A stretch of 64,000 bases of DNA, taken from NCBI GenBank assembly GCA_030704615.1, contig CM060734.1, positions 50,344,001 to 50,408,000 of the forward strand, given 5' to 3'. The notes under the pieces were generated by a model. That model did no database searches. It was not told the DNA's origin and saw only the letters and a program-made list of their open reading frames with translations. Source of the DNA: Takakia lepidozioides (taxonomy: Eukaryota > Plantae > Bryophyta). Position 1 is the stretch's first letter, and every line of letters starts with the position of its first letter. Shown here piece by piece: positions 63,961 through 64,000 of this stretch. The translations under genes and the position numbers were made by a program.

Positions 63961-64000
63961 CCAAGGATTCGCATGGATTCTATGTTCCTTGTGTTCTTAT

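Overview
Eukaryotic nuclear DNA with GT-AG introns, from a land plant; gene and TE content suggest a bryophyte (inference). 1-27 kb is a shattered region. It holds the last three exons of CYP97C, a truncated ZFYVE26/spastizin-like pseudogene with one exon on the opposite strand, two non-LTR retrotransposon families (one 4.85-kb full-length copy with a 15-bp TSD), a TTAA-flanked piggyBac-type MITE whose empty site is also in the window, and Copia, DYW and OTU remnants. Apparently intact genes are a cyclophilin, a three-exon ATL RING-H2 ligase, a BTB/T1-domain protein and PsbR. The most striking feature is a degenerate Ty3/Gypsy retrotransposon (about 37.0-44.9 kb, minus strand). It carries a complete DNMT3-like C5 cytosine methyltransferase domain between protease and RT, and a PHD finger at the end of integrase. 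A second piggyBac-type MITE, a CACTA non-autonomous element and a 1.6-kb tract with no CAG/CTG are also present. All calls come from manual translation and motif recognition; no searches were run.
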